DNA of 64,000 nucleotides from Escherichia phage vB_Eco_OMNI12. How positions within the stretch are numbered: position 1 is the first letter of the stretch; each line of letters opens with the position of its first letter. Positions 30,836 through 41,016 of this stretch are shown in pieces. The position numbers were made by a program, and so were the translations under genes. The stretch lies in the sequence record OL362041.1. One strand, given 5' to 3'. The notes beneath the pieces are model-generated. The model did no database searches and was not told where the DNA came from. It was given only the letters and a program-made list of their open reading frames with translations.

Positions 30836-31522
30836 TTAAAAATCGTGGGTAGAATCAGCTTCAAGAGCTACTACATAATTCGCGTGTTCACCTTCAAATT
30901 TAGCAGCACCTTGTTTACCTTTTGCCCAGAGCAGAAGTTTATAATTTCCTGGTTGCATTTTCATATTTGCCATATTGATAATGAAATTAAATGTATTTTC
31001 ACCATCATAATCACCAAGAGTCAAAGAATATTTAACACGGGTCAGAGCAGAATCTTCTACTTTATTAAAACCGTTAATTACGATTTTACCTTCTTTTACC
31101 GTGATAGCAATTGTATCAATTTGCAGACCACGAGATACACGCAACAGTTGTTGAAGGTCTTCAGCTTTAATTTCAGTAACAACAGATGCTACCGGGAATG
31201 GAATTGGTTTATTAGGAGCAACTACTGTACTCGGATCGGCTGCTGGCCAAAAAATTGTTGAGCGGGCATCAGCAATTTTAATATTTCCATCTTCTGACTG
31301 GGAAATTTCTGCATCATCATTAACTAGAGACAGAATACCGAGAAAACCGTTCAAATCGTAAATTGCTACATCAAAATCAATAACGTCAGAAATATTTGCT
31401 TCCGCATAAGTTGTACCATTAACTGCGCGAGTCATAATAAATTGACCGGATTTAAGCATAATACCAGAGTTAATAGTAGCGAAATTTTTAAGCAGAGCAG
31501 TAGTATCTTTAGACAGTTTCAT
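30836..31522 (-). CDS. 45: Sliding clamp gp45
   Basis: 228 aa as T4 gp45; position. Confidence 0.9.
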   Translation of the reverse strand: MKLSKDTTALLKNFATINSGIMLKSGQFIMTRAVNGTTYAEANISDVIDFDVAIYDLNGFLGILSLVNDDAEISQSEDGNIKIADARSTIFWPAADPSTVVAPNKPIPFPVASVVTEIKAEDLQQLLRVSRGLQIDTIAITVKEGKIVINGFNKVEDSALTRVKYSLTLGDYDGENTFNFIINMANMKMQPGNYKLLLWAKGKQGAAKFEGEHANYVVALEADSTHDF

Positions 31523-31577
31523 GTAATTTCCTTCAATTCAAATGAGATTTAATTTTATAACTAATTTAATAAAGCAA

Positions 31578-31967
31578 TTAACGATTAAAATCGGCAGCAA
31601 TTGTTTCCGCAACAAGTTGAGCAGCAACAATTAGACGTTCATCTGCATTACCGCAATAATCATCTTCAAGGCGCTCACCACATGAAGTCATAATAAATTT
31701 AGCACCAGCATTTAAAGATTCTGTCGTATGTTTGCGCATTAGTTCAATCCATTTATTACTTACTTCACGATCGATAGCTTCATAATACGCATGACGAGCA
31801 GGTGCAGATTTAATTTTGTTCTGAATAACTTCCATTGCGTTATCAGAAAGAGACAAAACCCATGCTCGACGAATTTTATTTTGGTTTTGCGGATTTGATT
31901 CAGAACGCACGTGTTTTGGCTGAATATCTTTTACATCAACAGTATAATTCACAGTAATTTTAGTCAT
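31578..31967 (-). CDS. rpbA: RNA polymerase binding protein RpbA
   Basis: 129 aa, position upstream of gene 45. Confidence 0.7.
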   Translation of the reverse strand: MTKITVNYTVDVKDIQPKHVRSESNPQNQNKIRRAWVLSLSDNAMEVIQNKIKSAPARHAYYEAIDREVSNKWIELMRKHTTESLNAGAKFIMTSCGERLEDDYCGNADERLIVAAQLVAETIAADFNR

Positions 31968-31976
31968 AATACACCT

Positions 31977-32165
31977 TTAGTCATAATAATCAGTAACAGT
32001 CCAAGCTTCATTCCTGTTGGACATTATTTTCGTATATTCTGATTTAAATGCATTCTTAAGCATAGATTCAGTAACTATATGCTCTTCATTAGAAAAATTA
32101 TTTCTCAGAATATATCGTTTTATTTCAGGAACAGTTAATAGATGCTGTCCAGTTGAATATTCCAT
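31977..32165 (-). CDS. 45.2-like small protein (62 aa)
   Basis: Size and position. Confidence 0.5.
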   Translation of the reverse strand: MEYSTGQHLLTVPEIKRYILRNNFSNEEHIVTESMLKNAFKSEYTKIMSNRNEAWTVTDYYD

Positions 32166-32220
32166 GTTTTTCCTCCATAGAGATTATACTCTAATAAATT
32201 AAAGCATAATCTCTTATAAA

Positions 32221-33903
32221 TTAAACCATTACAGTAAACCGACCAACTTTCTTCATTTGAAGATGCTGACCATATGCTTGTGGGTCATGGTCTCTATGCG
32301 AAATAACAAAAACGTTAGTATTTTTTAAACTATCTAAAATAGTTGAAATAGCTTTTACACCTTCAACATCAGTTGCTGAATCAAAAACTTCATCAAGAAT
32401 TAGTGTGTTTATTTTAACACCTGAAACTTTTTCAGCAATATCACGCCAAGTAAATAAAAGCGCAATATCAATTCGTGCTTTTTCACCTTGACTAAATGAA
32501 GCATAACTAAAATCTTCACGACCACGGGATTTAATTGTCTCATTAAATTCTTCATCTAATGTAAACACATAATCCGCTTCCATTATTTTAAGATAATGGT
32601 TAATCTGCTTATTAAATAATGGAATGTACTTTTTAATAATAGCACCTTTAATACCAGAATCTTTGAGCATGTCAGTCAAAATTCCTCTGTGGTATTTTTC
32701 CATTACTAAATTAGTTTTTGTCTTAACAATTTTATCAAGTTCTTCTTGAAGCAGTGCTATTTCATCAGCATGGTCAATAAACTCAGATGATGCTTTTTCT
32801 ATAGCCGCTTTAACTTTTTTAGCTTTATCTACCGTCGTGATTAAGGATTGCTTTTTATTGCGAATATCATTCGCCAACGTCTGCTGGGTTTTAATATTAT
32901 CTCGGTATTCATCAACAAGAACTTTTAAATTATCACGATGTGTTGAAAGCTGTTCAAACGAATGCGTGCATTCAGAAACTTTATCTTTAATTTTAGAAAC
33001 AACTTTATCACCGGAACTTAATTGTGACAAACAGGTTGGACATAATCCACCTTCGTGATACATATTAATGACTTTATTATACGAGTCAATTTTTGATTTA
33101 ATTAAAAATGCTTCTTGACCGATTTTATTAAATGCATCAGTTGGGTCTTCATCCAAAACAATATTAACTAATCTTTCGTTAGCTTCTTCTATTTCCGATT
33201 TTAGCGTTCTAGCTTCTTTTGCCAAATCATCATACATATTTTGTAGACGAGTAAGGTTGTCACCCGTTAATTTTTTCTGGCGTTCAACGTTATCATTATA
33301 TATTTTAATTTGTTGGATAATACTATCTTTTTTAACATCAAGCACTTGGTTTTGTGAATTTAATTCACGTATTAGTGCTTTATTAAGCTTATCCATTTCA
33401 GCTAATGTTCCTACCTCAAGCAGGTCTTCCACAAGCTTTCTTCGCGCCGGGGTCGACAAACCCATGAAAGGGGTATACCCTGCTGTACCAAGGACAACAA
33501 TCTGCTTGAAACTGGCATATGACATTCCGATAAGCTGTTCAAATTCTGCTTGGAAATCTTTACTGCTGGCAGATTCATTAAGACGTGTACCGTTAACGGT
33601 GATTTCGAAAACGTTTGGTTTTTGTCCTCTTTTGATATAGTACTTTTTCTCATCATATTCCATCCACAGTTCAACTAAAAGTTCTTTCTTATTTGTGCTG
33701 TTTATTAATTGACCTTTCTTTACATCACGAAATGGCTTGCCAAAAAGCCCAAATGTGATGGCTTCTAACATAGTAGACTTACCACCGCCATTTCGTCCAG
33801 TAATAAGAGTTTTTTGAACCTTATCTAATTGAATGTCAACTCCATTTTGACCAACTGACATTATATTTTTATATTTTACTCTATTAAGTTTAAATGATTT
33901 CAT
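32221..33903 (-). CDS. 46: Recombination nuclease subunit gp46 (SbcC/Rad50-like ATPase)
   Basis: 560 aa; Walker A GRNGGGKST, coiled-coil middle with CPTC zinc hook, Walker B LILDEVFD. Confidence 0.9.
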   Translation of the reverse strand: MKSFKLNRVKYKNIMSVGQNGVDIQLDKVQKTLITGRNGGGKSTMLEAITFGLFGKPFRDVKKGQLINSTNKKELLVELWMEYDEKKYYIKRGQKPNVFEITVNGTRLNESASSKDFQAEFEQLIGMSYASFKQIVVLGTAGYTPFMGLSTPARRKLVEDLLEVGTLAEMDKLNKALIRELNSQNQVLDVKKDSIIQQIKIYNDNVERQKKLTGDNLTRLQNMYDDLAKEARTLKSEIEEANERLVNIVLDEDPTDAFNKIGQEAFLIKSKIDSYNKVINMYHEGGLCPTCLSQLSSGDKVVSKIKDKVSECTHSFEQLSTHRDNLKVLVDEYRDNIKTQQTLANDIRNKKQSLITTVDKAKKVKAAIEKASSEFIDHADEIALLQEELDKIVKTKTNLVMEKYHRGILTDMLKDSGIKGAIIKKYIPLFNKQINHYLKIMEADYVFTLDEEFNETIKSRGREDFSYASFSQGEKARIDIALLFTWRDIAEKVSGVKINTLILDEVFDSATDVEGVKAISTILDSLKNTNVFVISHRDHDPQAYGQHLQMKKVGRFTVMV

Positions 33904-33918
33904 TTTGTATCCAATTGT

Positions 33919-34773
33919 TCACAATGAAGAAAATTCTTTAACTAAAGCCTGTAATGAAGCCTCTATTGGATATCCATTCTTAACTAACATTTTCCTAAAC
34001 ATTACATGTTTAGGACGATTATATGATATCCACAATTCATACAATTTATCTTTATTATCCCAATGATAGCCTTTTCGTCGAGATGCTATATGAGCTTTTC
34101 TAATCTCCGGATTTTTCCAACTAGCAGCTACTGAATTTGATATAGCTATTTTATATTCAGGTTTTGATAAAGCAGCACGAACAGCCTTTTGGTGTTTAAT
34201 TTTATTTTCTTCGTTATTAAACCATTCCCTTGAAGCCATTGAAATTTTTTGTTTTGTTTTAAAATTATTTAATCTTTCTTTATTATCTTTCCTATTTTTT
34301 GCTACTGAAAAATATTTTAATGCCCTTTCTCTAGCAGCATTTCTATTTTGCGGATTTGAATAATACTGTTGAAGCCTTTTTGATATTGTGTCACTTACAT
34401 CTTGTTTTATAAAACTATATTCAGCAGCTATTAAATCAACTTCGGCTAAAGATAAATTTTTATATGTTTTTCCTGACATCATTCTGTTTAAAGCATTTAA
34501 CATTTTTCCATTTTTACCTTTTGCTAATAAGAAGTGTGCTTTAAAATGATTAAAATGACTTAAATTAACTAAATTCCATGTAGATTTTAAATATTCAGGA
34601 AATATTGATTTAGGAAGCACGTGGTGTGCTTCCGTTTTACCTGGAGTTTTAACAGTTGAATTCACAGAAATAAAATTAATGTAAGACTTGGCGTCTTCTT
34701 CACTCAACGCTAATTTTTCAACTAATTCCTTTATTAAAAATTCATCATTAATGTCAAGTTTAAAATTCTTCAC
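33919..34773 (-). CDS. Free-standing HNH homing endonuclease (Mob-like, 284 aa)
   Basis: HNH motif TEAHHVLPKSIFPEY...WNLVNLS...H shared with the mobD-like ORF at 42417; GTG start overlapping the upstream stop. Confidence 0.75.
   Translation of the reverse strand: MKNFKLDINDEFLIKELVEKLALSEEDAKSYINFISVNSTVKTPGKTEAHHVLPKSIFPEYLKSTWNLVNLSHFNHFKAHFLLAKGKNGKMLNALNRMMSGKTYKNLSLAEVDLIAAEYSFIKQDVSDTISKRLQQYYSNPQNRNAARERALKYFSVAKNRKDNKERLNNFKTKQKISMASREWFNNEENKIKHQKAVRAALSKPEYKIAISNSVAASWKNPEIRKAHIASRRKGYHWDNKDKLYELWISYNRPKHVMFRKMLVKNGYPIEASLQALVKEFSSL
33919..34773 (-). mobile_element. Homing endonuclease gene inserted between 46.1-like ORF and gene 46
   Basis: HNH ORF at a position that holds only small ORFs in the T4 arrangement. 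Confidence 0.55.
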
Positions 34774-35033
34774 AAAAGATTCCTTTTAATGTATCTTTTA
34801 GACCATTCTATCATATCATCATAATCTAAAAAGTATTCATCAAATTCAGCCATGCAAACAACACCTTGTGCTGCTTTTGATGTGATATAAATTATTCCAA
34901 CATATCTAGAATCTTCTTCGGTGTATTCAATATTTGCTATGAATTCATCGTTAATGTCAAATGTCGAAAACTTCACAGTATGCATCCTTAATACAAGATA
35001 CGGCCATATCTCGCAATGATTTAGGTGTGTCAT
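34770..35033 (-). CDS. Hypothetical small protein (46.1 position)
   Basis: ORF; internal segment resembles the N-terminus of the downstream HNH protein; start uncertain. Confidence 0.4.
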   Translation of the reverse strand: MTHLNHCEIWPYLVLRMHTVKFSTFDINDEFIANIEYTEEDSRYVGIIYITSKAAQGVVCMAEFDEYFLDYDDMIEWSKRYIKRNLL

Positions 35034-35220
35034 TATCTAAAATGTTGAAGTTAAAAGATACAGCCCAATCTGTACAGACCGTAACTTTTTTAATACAATT
35101 ATCTTCAACCTCTAGCGGTTCAAACCAATATTCAATAATTTCTTTATGCCCAATATCATCTTTTACTTCACATTCAAAATGCTGACTCATCATAACATTT
35201 TTAAATTCATCAAAAGTCAT
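34957..35220 (-). CDS. Hypothetical small protein (46.2 position)
   Basis: ORF overlapping gene 47 start and the next ORF in another frame. Confidence 0.4.
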   Translation of the reverse strand: MTFDEFKNVMMSQHFECEVKDDIGHKEIIEYWFEPLEVEDNCIKKVTVCTDWAVSFNFNILDNDTPKSLRDMAVSCIKDAYCEVFDI

Positions 35221-36236
35221 TGTGTTGCCTCTACATATAACTGATTTGCATATTGAATAAGTGCTTCACGGTCAGAATCAGTGATGTCTGGAATTGCATT
35301 AATGTATTCTTCCATCAACGTCTGAAGAGATTGAACTTCAACTTCTTCACTGTCATCTGACTCGACAGAGTTATCAATCTTTGACACAACTCGTAATGAA
35401 TGCACAACTTTTTCTAGTTCAGATTCGAACTTCGTTAGATTTTTGTCTACTTCAGTTACTATAACACGTACTGATAGATTTGTAAAATCTTTATAGTCAA
35501 TTTTTCCTTTAAATGGATAATGAATTCTACGATGCCAGGTAGTGTTGTTTGGAATAAATTCCATTCGTTCTGTTTCTGTATCAAACATCCAGAACCCACG
35601 AGGGTCATTCTCGTCACCTGCAGTTAGTGTCCATGGTGTCCCAATATATCTGACGTTAGCAGCCTCAGAGATAGTATGGAAGTGACCAGACCACACCTCT
35701 TTATAAGTCTTAAGGAAATCAGGTTCAAGACCGTGAGATTTCATTCCTTTATAAAAATAAAATCCATTCAGTTCCCAGTGACCGACGCAAAAAGAAGCAG
35801 ATGAAGTTTTGATGTGCTCAAGAATTTCACCAGTATTTTCTTCACACATCCAAGGAATTAAATCAATTAAACATCCGTCAAAATCTACTGTAGTAGGCTT
35901 ATCATATACTTTAACATTAGGATATTTAGCCAAAAGCTCAGTAGAGGCATTTGGAGTTAAAGTATTTTTAAAGTGCATATCATGGTTTCCTACAACAGTA
36001 TGTAGGGTAATACCATCATCATCAAGCATTTGAACTATTTCACGAGCGAACTCCATAGTTTTATGCGTGATTGCTTTTCGCACATCAAAAATATCGCCGT
36101 ATTGAATCCATGTAGTAATTCCATTTTTCTTAGAATATTCTATTGCTTGTTTAATTCCATCCAACTGAATGGATTGAACCCACTCATCATCGGCTTTAAC
36201 GCCTAAATGCCAATCACCTAAATTTAAAATTTTCAT
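35217..36236 (-). CDS. 47: Recombination nuclease subunit gp47 (Mre11-like phosphoesterase)
   Basis: 339 aa as T4 gp47; metallophosphatase motifs (GDWHLG, GNHD). Confidence 0.9.
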   Translation of the reverse strand: MKILNLGDWHLGVKADDEWVQSIQLDGIKQAIEYSKKNGITTWIQYGDIFDVRKAITHKTMEFAREIVQMLDDDGITLHTVVGNHDMHFKNTLTPNASTELLAKYPNVKVYDKPTTVDFDGCLIDLIPWMCEENTGEILEHIKTSSASFCVGHWELNGFYFYKGMKSHGLEPDFLKTYKEVWSGHFHTISEAANVRYIGTPWTLTAGDENDPRGFWMFDTETERMEFIPNNTTWHRRIHYPFKGKIDYKDFTNLSVRVIVTEVDKNLTKFESELEKVVHSLRVVSKIDNSVESDDSEEVEVQSLQTLMEEYINAIPDITDSDREALIQYANQLYVEATQ

Positions 36237-36396
36237 ATATCAAGAACCGTCATTGAAATGCAAAATAAAATTATTGAAATAAACCCATCTGGCGTGCTAA
36301 AGAAACCAATCCAGCATGCTCTAGTGAATAGATAAAATGCAAGAAAAAGTATCACATATCCAAGAAATATCATTATATCAAACTCCGTATAAAGCT

Positions 36397-36414
36397 AAAG
36401 GGCCGAAGCCCTTT
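36397..36414 (-). terminator. Hairpin after alpha-gt
   Basis: aaagggc cgaa gcccttt inverted repeat at the agt stop. Confidence 0.5.
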
Positions 36415-37615
36415 ATTTTGTAATAATGTCAAACTGTTCTTTAAAGCAGAAGCTTGAATCTTGATGCTGATACAAAAATTCATATGCTTTTTCTCGCTCA
36501 CGGTCATAAAGAGCTCGGTCAGATGACAGTTCTTTAATACGTTCAAACGTTGATTCCATATCATTTTCATCAAACCAAATGATACCGCTATCATGCGAGG
36601 TCAAAGGAGTATTATCAACACGGAATTTTAAATTTTCGCCAGTAGATTTCCAAAATACCGGAATTGTTCCACATGCACCAAGCTCGAGATGAGTATATTC
36701 TAAAGAACGTTGTAGATATTTTTTGTCCAACTTACTCAGCTGATAACCAAATCCGGATTTACTCATGCGTTCAAGCATTTCGCTATTTACATAACGGTCA
36801 AGAATTTGCGTTGGCAAATTAGGAGCAATTTTAATTTGGTCTACTTGATGAAGACGATAATACTCGTATGGAATTCCTTTTTCTTTAATAGGAATGAACG
36901 CTGGAGAACGTTCCAGACCTTCCATAATAGTACTTAGTCCTGCAGGTTTAAGATGTTTTTCATGAAAATCAAACATCTGATAAAAACCTTTCCATGTAGT
37001 CGTACGACCAATCCAACGGTTAACATTCATGTTAATTTCAGAAACATCTTTCCAGTAGGTTGATCGAACCTTCGCAATATCCATTGGAGGCTGAAAGTTA
37101 TATACTGTCGGTGCTTCTTCAATATCATCAAACAGAGAAACAGTTTCTGGATACCATTCTTTCATCAGAACTTTATTAAAATCACCATTATCAGAATGGC
37201 TAAAAATAACATCAGCTCGACGAACAGTTTCTTCTAATCCCAAATTTCGGCGCAAAGAAAGAGAAGAATGGTCATGTTGATAAACTACAACACGAACCGA
37301 AGGTTTAATATTATCAATAATTTTTTTATAGTTATTAATAGTGTCTTCTTCAACTGAAGTAGCAGGAACGGAATTGATAATTAGAATATCACAATCATTT
37401 ACCAGCTTAAGTGTTTTATCGTATTCTTTTGCCAATAAAACCGGAATTGAAAATGATTTATAATCATGCGCACAATTACGAGTAAATGATTTATCTTTAG
37501 CATAAACCAAAGTTACTTCATGACCATTTTTAATAAACCAATCACGCTGCTCAAGAGAAAATTTAGTTACACCGCAACCTTCAAGACCTCGAGCCATAAA
37601 AATACATACTTTCAT
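36413..37615 (-). CDS. agt: DNA alpha-glucosyltransferase
   Basis: 400 aa as T4 alpha-gt; position between 47 and 55. Confidence 0.85.
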   Translation of the reverse strand: MKVCIFMARGLEGCGVTKFSLEQRDWFIKNGHEVTLVYAKDKSFTRNCAHDYKSFSIPVLLAKEYDKTLKLVNDCDILIINSVPATSVEEDTINNYKKIIDNIKPSVRVVVYQHDHSSLSLRRNLGLEETVRRADVIFSHSDNGDFNKVLMKEWYPETVSLFDDIEEAPTVYNFQPPMDIAKVRSTYWKDVSEINMNVNRWIGRTTTWKGFYQMFDFHEKHLKPAGLSTIMEGLERSPAFIPIKEKGIPYEYYRLHQVDQIKIAPNLPTQILDRYVNSEMLERMSKSGFGYQLSKLDKKYLQRSLEYTHLELGACGTIPVFWKSTGENLKFRVDNTPLTSHDSGIIWFDENDMESTFERIKELSSDRALYDREREKAYEFLYQHQDSSFCFKEQFDIITK

Positions 37616-37667
37616 TTAATATCCTCTTTGTTTTGGTTTATTTTACCAAAAATTTATAAAGCAATAT

Positions 37668-37683
37668 AGGAGCCGAAGCTCCT
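37668..37683 (-). terminator. Hairpin upstream of agt
   Basis: aggagc cgaa gctcct followed by a U-rich tract on the minus strand. Confidence 0.5.
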
Positions 37684-37873
37684 ATCCACATAATACGCCA
37701 TACAGAGGCTCGTTAGAACTTTTAAATTTTATGCGCTTATATTTTATAGTTCCTTCTGCTTTAGCTTTATCATGAGACTCTTTAAAGCGTCTCATCATTT
37801 CCTCTTGAGAGGAACGAATTTTATTATAATCTATTTCAGAAGTCTGGTGTTCATCTTTCATAACTGCCACCAT
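37682..37873 (-). CDS. Hypothetical small protein (63 aa)
   Basis: ORF. Confidence 0.4.
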   Translation of the reverse strand: MVAVMKDEHQTSEIDYNKIRSSQEEMMRRFKESHDKAKAEGTIKYKRIKFKSSNEPLYGVLCG

Positions 37874-38064
37874 TTTTTGACTTGATAAGAATCAACCCAC
37901 ACTTTCATATTAGGGTCTGCTCTTACAATAGGAGGATTAACTTCTTTAATTGAACTATCATGGTATTCTTTTTCAGAAATTTTCACACAAAGATGACCAT
38001 TCAAAGATTCAGTAAATCCTGCATTAATTTTAAGACGCTTGAATTTTACGTGTGTAAGCATCAA
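37858..38064 (-). CDS. Hypothetical small protein (68 aa)
   Basis: ORF. Confidence 0.4.
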   Translation of the reverse strand: MMLTHVKFKRLKINAGFTESLNGHLCVKISEKEYHDSSIKEVNPPIVRADPNMKVWVDSYQVKKWWQL

Positions 38065-38347
38065 TCATATCCTCAATCTGCGATCTAGTAGTCTTCCAAA
38101 GAATACTGATGAGTTCATCGTTATATGGCTGTTTCAGAATATCCCGACTTTTCTTGATAGCATATTCGTATTGAGCAAAATTATTGTTTTCAGCTGCGAT
38201 CTGAGCGTGCTTATAAAGACGATTCAGTTCGCGTTTGTTTTTAGACAATAACTTATTTGCTTTTCTTTCTGCTTCAAGACGGTTCTTTTCTTCAATAGAA
38301 GAAATAAGCTTTTCCACTTCATCATTAATTTCGGGTTTATCAGTCAT
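38030..38347 (-). CDS. Hypothetical protein (105 aa, coiled-coil-like)
   Basis: ORF. Confidence 0.4.
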   Translation of the reverse strand: MTDKPEINDEVEKLISSIEEKNRLEAERKANKLLSKNKRELNRLYKHAQIAAENNNFAQYEYAIKKSRDILKQPYNDELISILWKTTRSQIEDMIDAYTRKIQAS

Positions 38348-38348
38348 A

Positions 38349-38567
38349 TTATTTCTCTAATATAAAATAAAAATCATCATCTGTTAAATGATACCGATAG
38401 TTTAATTCTACACCATTAGATTTAAAAGCGGTATCATACGGATTTTCTGGATCAATATCAATGTCAAGAGCTAAAACTTCCCTGAGATACATTTTAAGTA
38501 AATAGGGAATAGCTTCAACTTCAGGTATTTCTTCCAAGAATCCGGAGAGGTTAATCGTTAGCCTCAT
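38349..38567 (-). CDS. Hypothetical small acidic protein (72 aa)
   Basis: ORF; overlaps gene 55 start. Confidence 0.4.
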
Positions 38568-39108
38568 ATAAAAAATCCAAACTAGGAGAATCGTCTACAA
38601 CACTTTTCTTTTCAGCCCCCGGTGTTCTATAGGTTGATTCTTCGTAATGCGTCATTTTATCGTAGATGTCTTGAATAAAAGTTTCATCTACTAACGCAAC
38701 CATATCGTCGTCACGACTGTCATAGACATTGTGAACGAAGTAACTATATTTCTTTGCAACTTCCTTACGTTCTTTTTTAATACGTTGGACAAATGCATTA
38801 AAACAAGCTTGAGTTATATACGCATGTGGGTTTTTATATTTCGTTTCATCAAAATTGTGAAGCCCCTTAATAGAAGCTTCTATACCATCTGCAATCATTT
38901 CTTGTTTCCAAGACTGGGTGTATCCTGAAAAGTTGAAACGTTTAGATAAGCCTTCTGCAATAAGCATAATGGCTAATCCGATAGTATCATTCTGACGAAC
39001 TACTTTATTTGGGTCTTTATTATTTGCTAATTCTGTTTTCCAATCAATAATAGCTTGTAAAAGCTCTTTATTGTTTACGTAATTATATTTAGGCTTAGTT
39101 TCTGACAT
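38551..39108 (-). CDS. 55: Late sigma factor gp55
   Basis: 185 aa from ATG at 39108 (track start is GTG); matches T4 gp55 as recalled ([20 protein letters not shown]...). Confidence 0.85.
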
Positions 39109-39186
39109 TTTCACCTCTTAGCTCAATTCATAGATCTATTATATCATAATATTTGAAGATCTATCTTAAAGCATAGAGGATATCAG

Positions 39187-39456
39187 TTATCTAAGTAAGC
39201 AGTATGCTTGGAACACTTTCTCCATCATCTTTTTAAATTCATGAATATCTATGTAATGATCATTAATATCAGCGCGATATAAAAAGTCTAAAAACTTTTT
39301 ATGGGTATTAGAATATTTACTTCCAGTTAATTCAGAAACATGGCTTTCCCAATATCCAACACCAGTTTTATTTGGGAAAAATGAAATTTTCATGTATTGG
39401 TCAACATAGAAAATACCAAAATTTTCAATAGCAATAGAAATATTAATTAATTTCAT
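39187..39456 (-). CDS. Hypothetical protein (89 aa)
   Basis: ORF. Confidence 0.4.
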   Translation of the reverse strand: MKLINISIAIENFGIFYVDQYMKISFFPNKTGVGYWESHVSELTGSKYSNTHKKFLDFLYRADINDHYIDIHEFKKMMEKVFQAYCLLR

Positions 39457-39668
39457 ACATTCATCAACTTAGCCGCTTCAAGAGCTGCATCTAGTGAATC
39501 AAATTGGTCAACATATTCAATCAATTCGCCGTAATTGGCATATAACCACCATTGGCTAAATTCATACTCAAGGATGAATCCGTTTCCTTCAATTTGAGTT
39601 AAACCAATGCCATTTGTATTTACTTCATATCCAGCAAGACGCAAATCGTTAATAAGAGCTTCGTTCAT
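39453..39668 (-). CDS. Hypothetical small acidic protein (71 aa)
   Basis: ORF. Confidence 0.4.
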   Translation of the reverse strand: MNEALINDLRLAGYEVNTNGIGLTQIEGNGFILEYEFSQWWLYANYGELIEYVDQFDSLDAALEAAKLMNV

Positions 39669-39670
39669 AA

Positions 39671-39997
39671 TTATACCTTAGTAATTTTCAGGTCTGCAAA
39701 TTTTTTCTTACGTTGATTTTTCATGCGACGAATAGTTTTATCGGAAATTTCATGCTTTTGATAAGCTTTAGATTCTACACCAAAAGCTTTAACATCAAAT
39801 TCTGACAAGATATATTGAACCAACAATTCACGGACAGTATTGCGTCCAATCTTCTGATCATTCTGTTTCATCGTCTGATGAAGCTCTTTTTCCCATTTAT
39901 CCAAAATTTGAGGAGTTACAATATCGCCTTTTTCTAGCAAAGAAACTACTTTATCATATGCGTAAGAATTGATGGCGTTTTTAATTTGAATAGTCAT
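39671..39997 (-). CDS. Hypothetical protein (108 aa)
   Basis: ORF. Confidence 0.45.
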   Translation of the reverse strand: MTIQIKNAINSYAYDKVVSLLEKGDIVTPQILDKWEKELHQTMKQNDQKIGRNTVRELLVQYILSEFDVKAFGVESKAYQKHEISDKTIRRMKNQRKKKFADLKITKV

Positions 39998-40032
39998 ACA
40001 TTATCCTCAATTACGTTAAAATTTTATTATCC

Positions 40033-40051
40033 AAAAAGGGCCGAAGCCCTT
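40033..40051 (-). terminator. Rho-independent terminator (UUCG tetraloop)
   Basis: aagggc cgaa gccctt followed by a U-run on the minus strand. Confidence 0.6.
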
Positions 40052-40250
40052 AGCTAAACTTTTTGGCACCCTTCCAGCCTTCGTACATCATTGCGACTGA
40101 CAATGACAAAGCTCCTTCACATGCTGTGTACTTATTATTCCAGAACCAATTTAGAAAAACTTCGTCCTCAATACCATTGTGTTTCATGTTCTGGAAAAAT
40201 TTGGCGCGTTCTTCAGCAATTCGCTGCGATAATTTAGATTCAGGATTCAT
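40050..40250 (-). CDS. Hypothetical small protein (66 aa)
   Basis: ORF. Confidence 0.4.
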   Translation of the reverse strand: MNPESKLSQRIAEERAKFFQNMKHNGIEDEVFLNWFWNNKYTACEGALSLSVAMMYEGWKGAKKFS

Positions 40251-40382
40251 TTAAATTTTCCAATTACCGTTTTCATCAATGAATTTAATCCAGTCATTTA
40301 CTGACCACTTAGTTGTATCACCTTTTGGAGTAACATTTAAAGTGTATAGCCCTTGCTTAAAAAGCATTCGCTTGATATTCAT
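40251..40382 (-). CDS. Hypothetical small protein (about 43 aa from internal ATG)
   Basis: Internal ATG with GAGGA SD avoids overlap with the upstream ORF. Confidence 0.3.
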   Translation of the reverse strand: MNIKRMLFKQGLYTLNVTPKGDTTKWSVNDWIKFIDENGNWKI

Positions 40383-40389
40383 ATTTTCC

Positions 40390-40722
40390 TCAGCTGTAAC
40401 GATAACACTCGTTTGATTTACGTTTAGCAACTCGTTGAGAAGTATTATAATCAAAATCATCGTCAATGTAAACTGATTTTTTCAACTTTCTTACTTCACC
40501 ACGTAATTGGCGATTTAGCTCATCTTTAACTTCTGAATCAATACCTTTCATTCTACGCCATTTATCTGAGCGAAAAATGTTTTCAACCATATCTTTATGA
40601 CTTACACCATCAGGAGCTTTACGCTTTCCGAAATAGTCATAATCACGAACTTTCAAGTCTTTACGACGATACGTTTTACCCATGGAGTTTAATTTCCTTA
40701 GCAACTGAACTAAATGCAGCAC
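40390..40722 (-). CDS. Hypothetical basic protein (110 aa)
   Basis: ORF. Confidence 0.4.
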   Translation of the reverse strand: MLHLVQLLRKLNSMGKTYRRKDLKVRDYDYFGKRKAPDGVSHKDMVENIFRSDKWRRMKGIDSEVKDELNRQLRGEVRKLKKSVYIDDDFDYNTSQRVAKRKSNECYRYS

Positions 40723-40858
40723 GATCGCAAATCATGCGTTTATGTAACTTGAGTATAATATAGCAAACTTCAAAACTATTTACATGAGTAACACGAACAG
40801 CATTACCATTAATGAGATAATACTGTCCCTTTTTAATTTCTTTATCAACCATAACCAT
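40676..40858 (-). CDS. Hypothetical small protein (60 aa)
   Basis: ORF downstream of an early promoter. Confidence 0.4.
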   Translation of the reverse strand: MVMVDKEIKKGQYYLINGNAVRVTHVNSFEVCYIILKLHKRMICDRAAFSSVAKEIKLHG

Positions 40859-40887
40859 ATCAATTCCTCAAAGGCAATTCATATGTT

Positions 40888-40918
40888 AATAATACCACAG
40901 TTTGAGCTCGTTGTAAAC
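40888..40918 (-). promoter_or_regulatory. T4-type early promoter
   Basis: Minus strand GTTTAC ... TGGTATTATTAA. Confidence 0.5.
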
Positions 40919-40991
40919 AACTTTGTGAAAAATATTTTAGGGAATGATAAGAAAGGAACGATAACTTAGAATGGTAATATACAGAATGTGA

Positions 40992-41013
40992 GAAAGAAAG
41001 GCCCAGAGGGCCC
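40992..41013 (-). terminator. Rho-independent terminator after nrdH
   Basis: ggccc aga gggcc hairpin followed by a U-rich tract on the minus strand. Confidence 0.55.
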
Positions 41014-41016
41014 GTC

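Noticed and set aside
34957-35033. Programmed frameshift joining the two overlapping 87-aa ORFs upstream of the HNH gene
   Set aside because: No slippery heptamer or stimulatory structure was identified; the overlap is more simply explained by an over-extended track start (internal Met MHTVKF...)
36373-36594. 73-aa minus-strand ORF overlapping the 3-prime end of alpha-gt
   Set aside because: Alternative frame inside the well-supported agt gene
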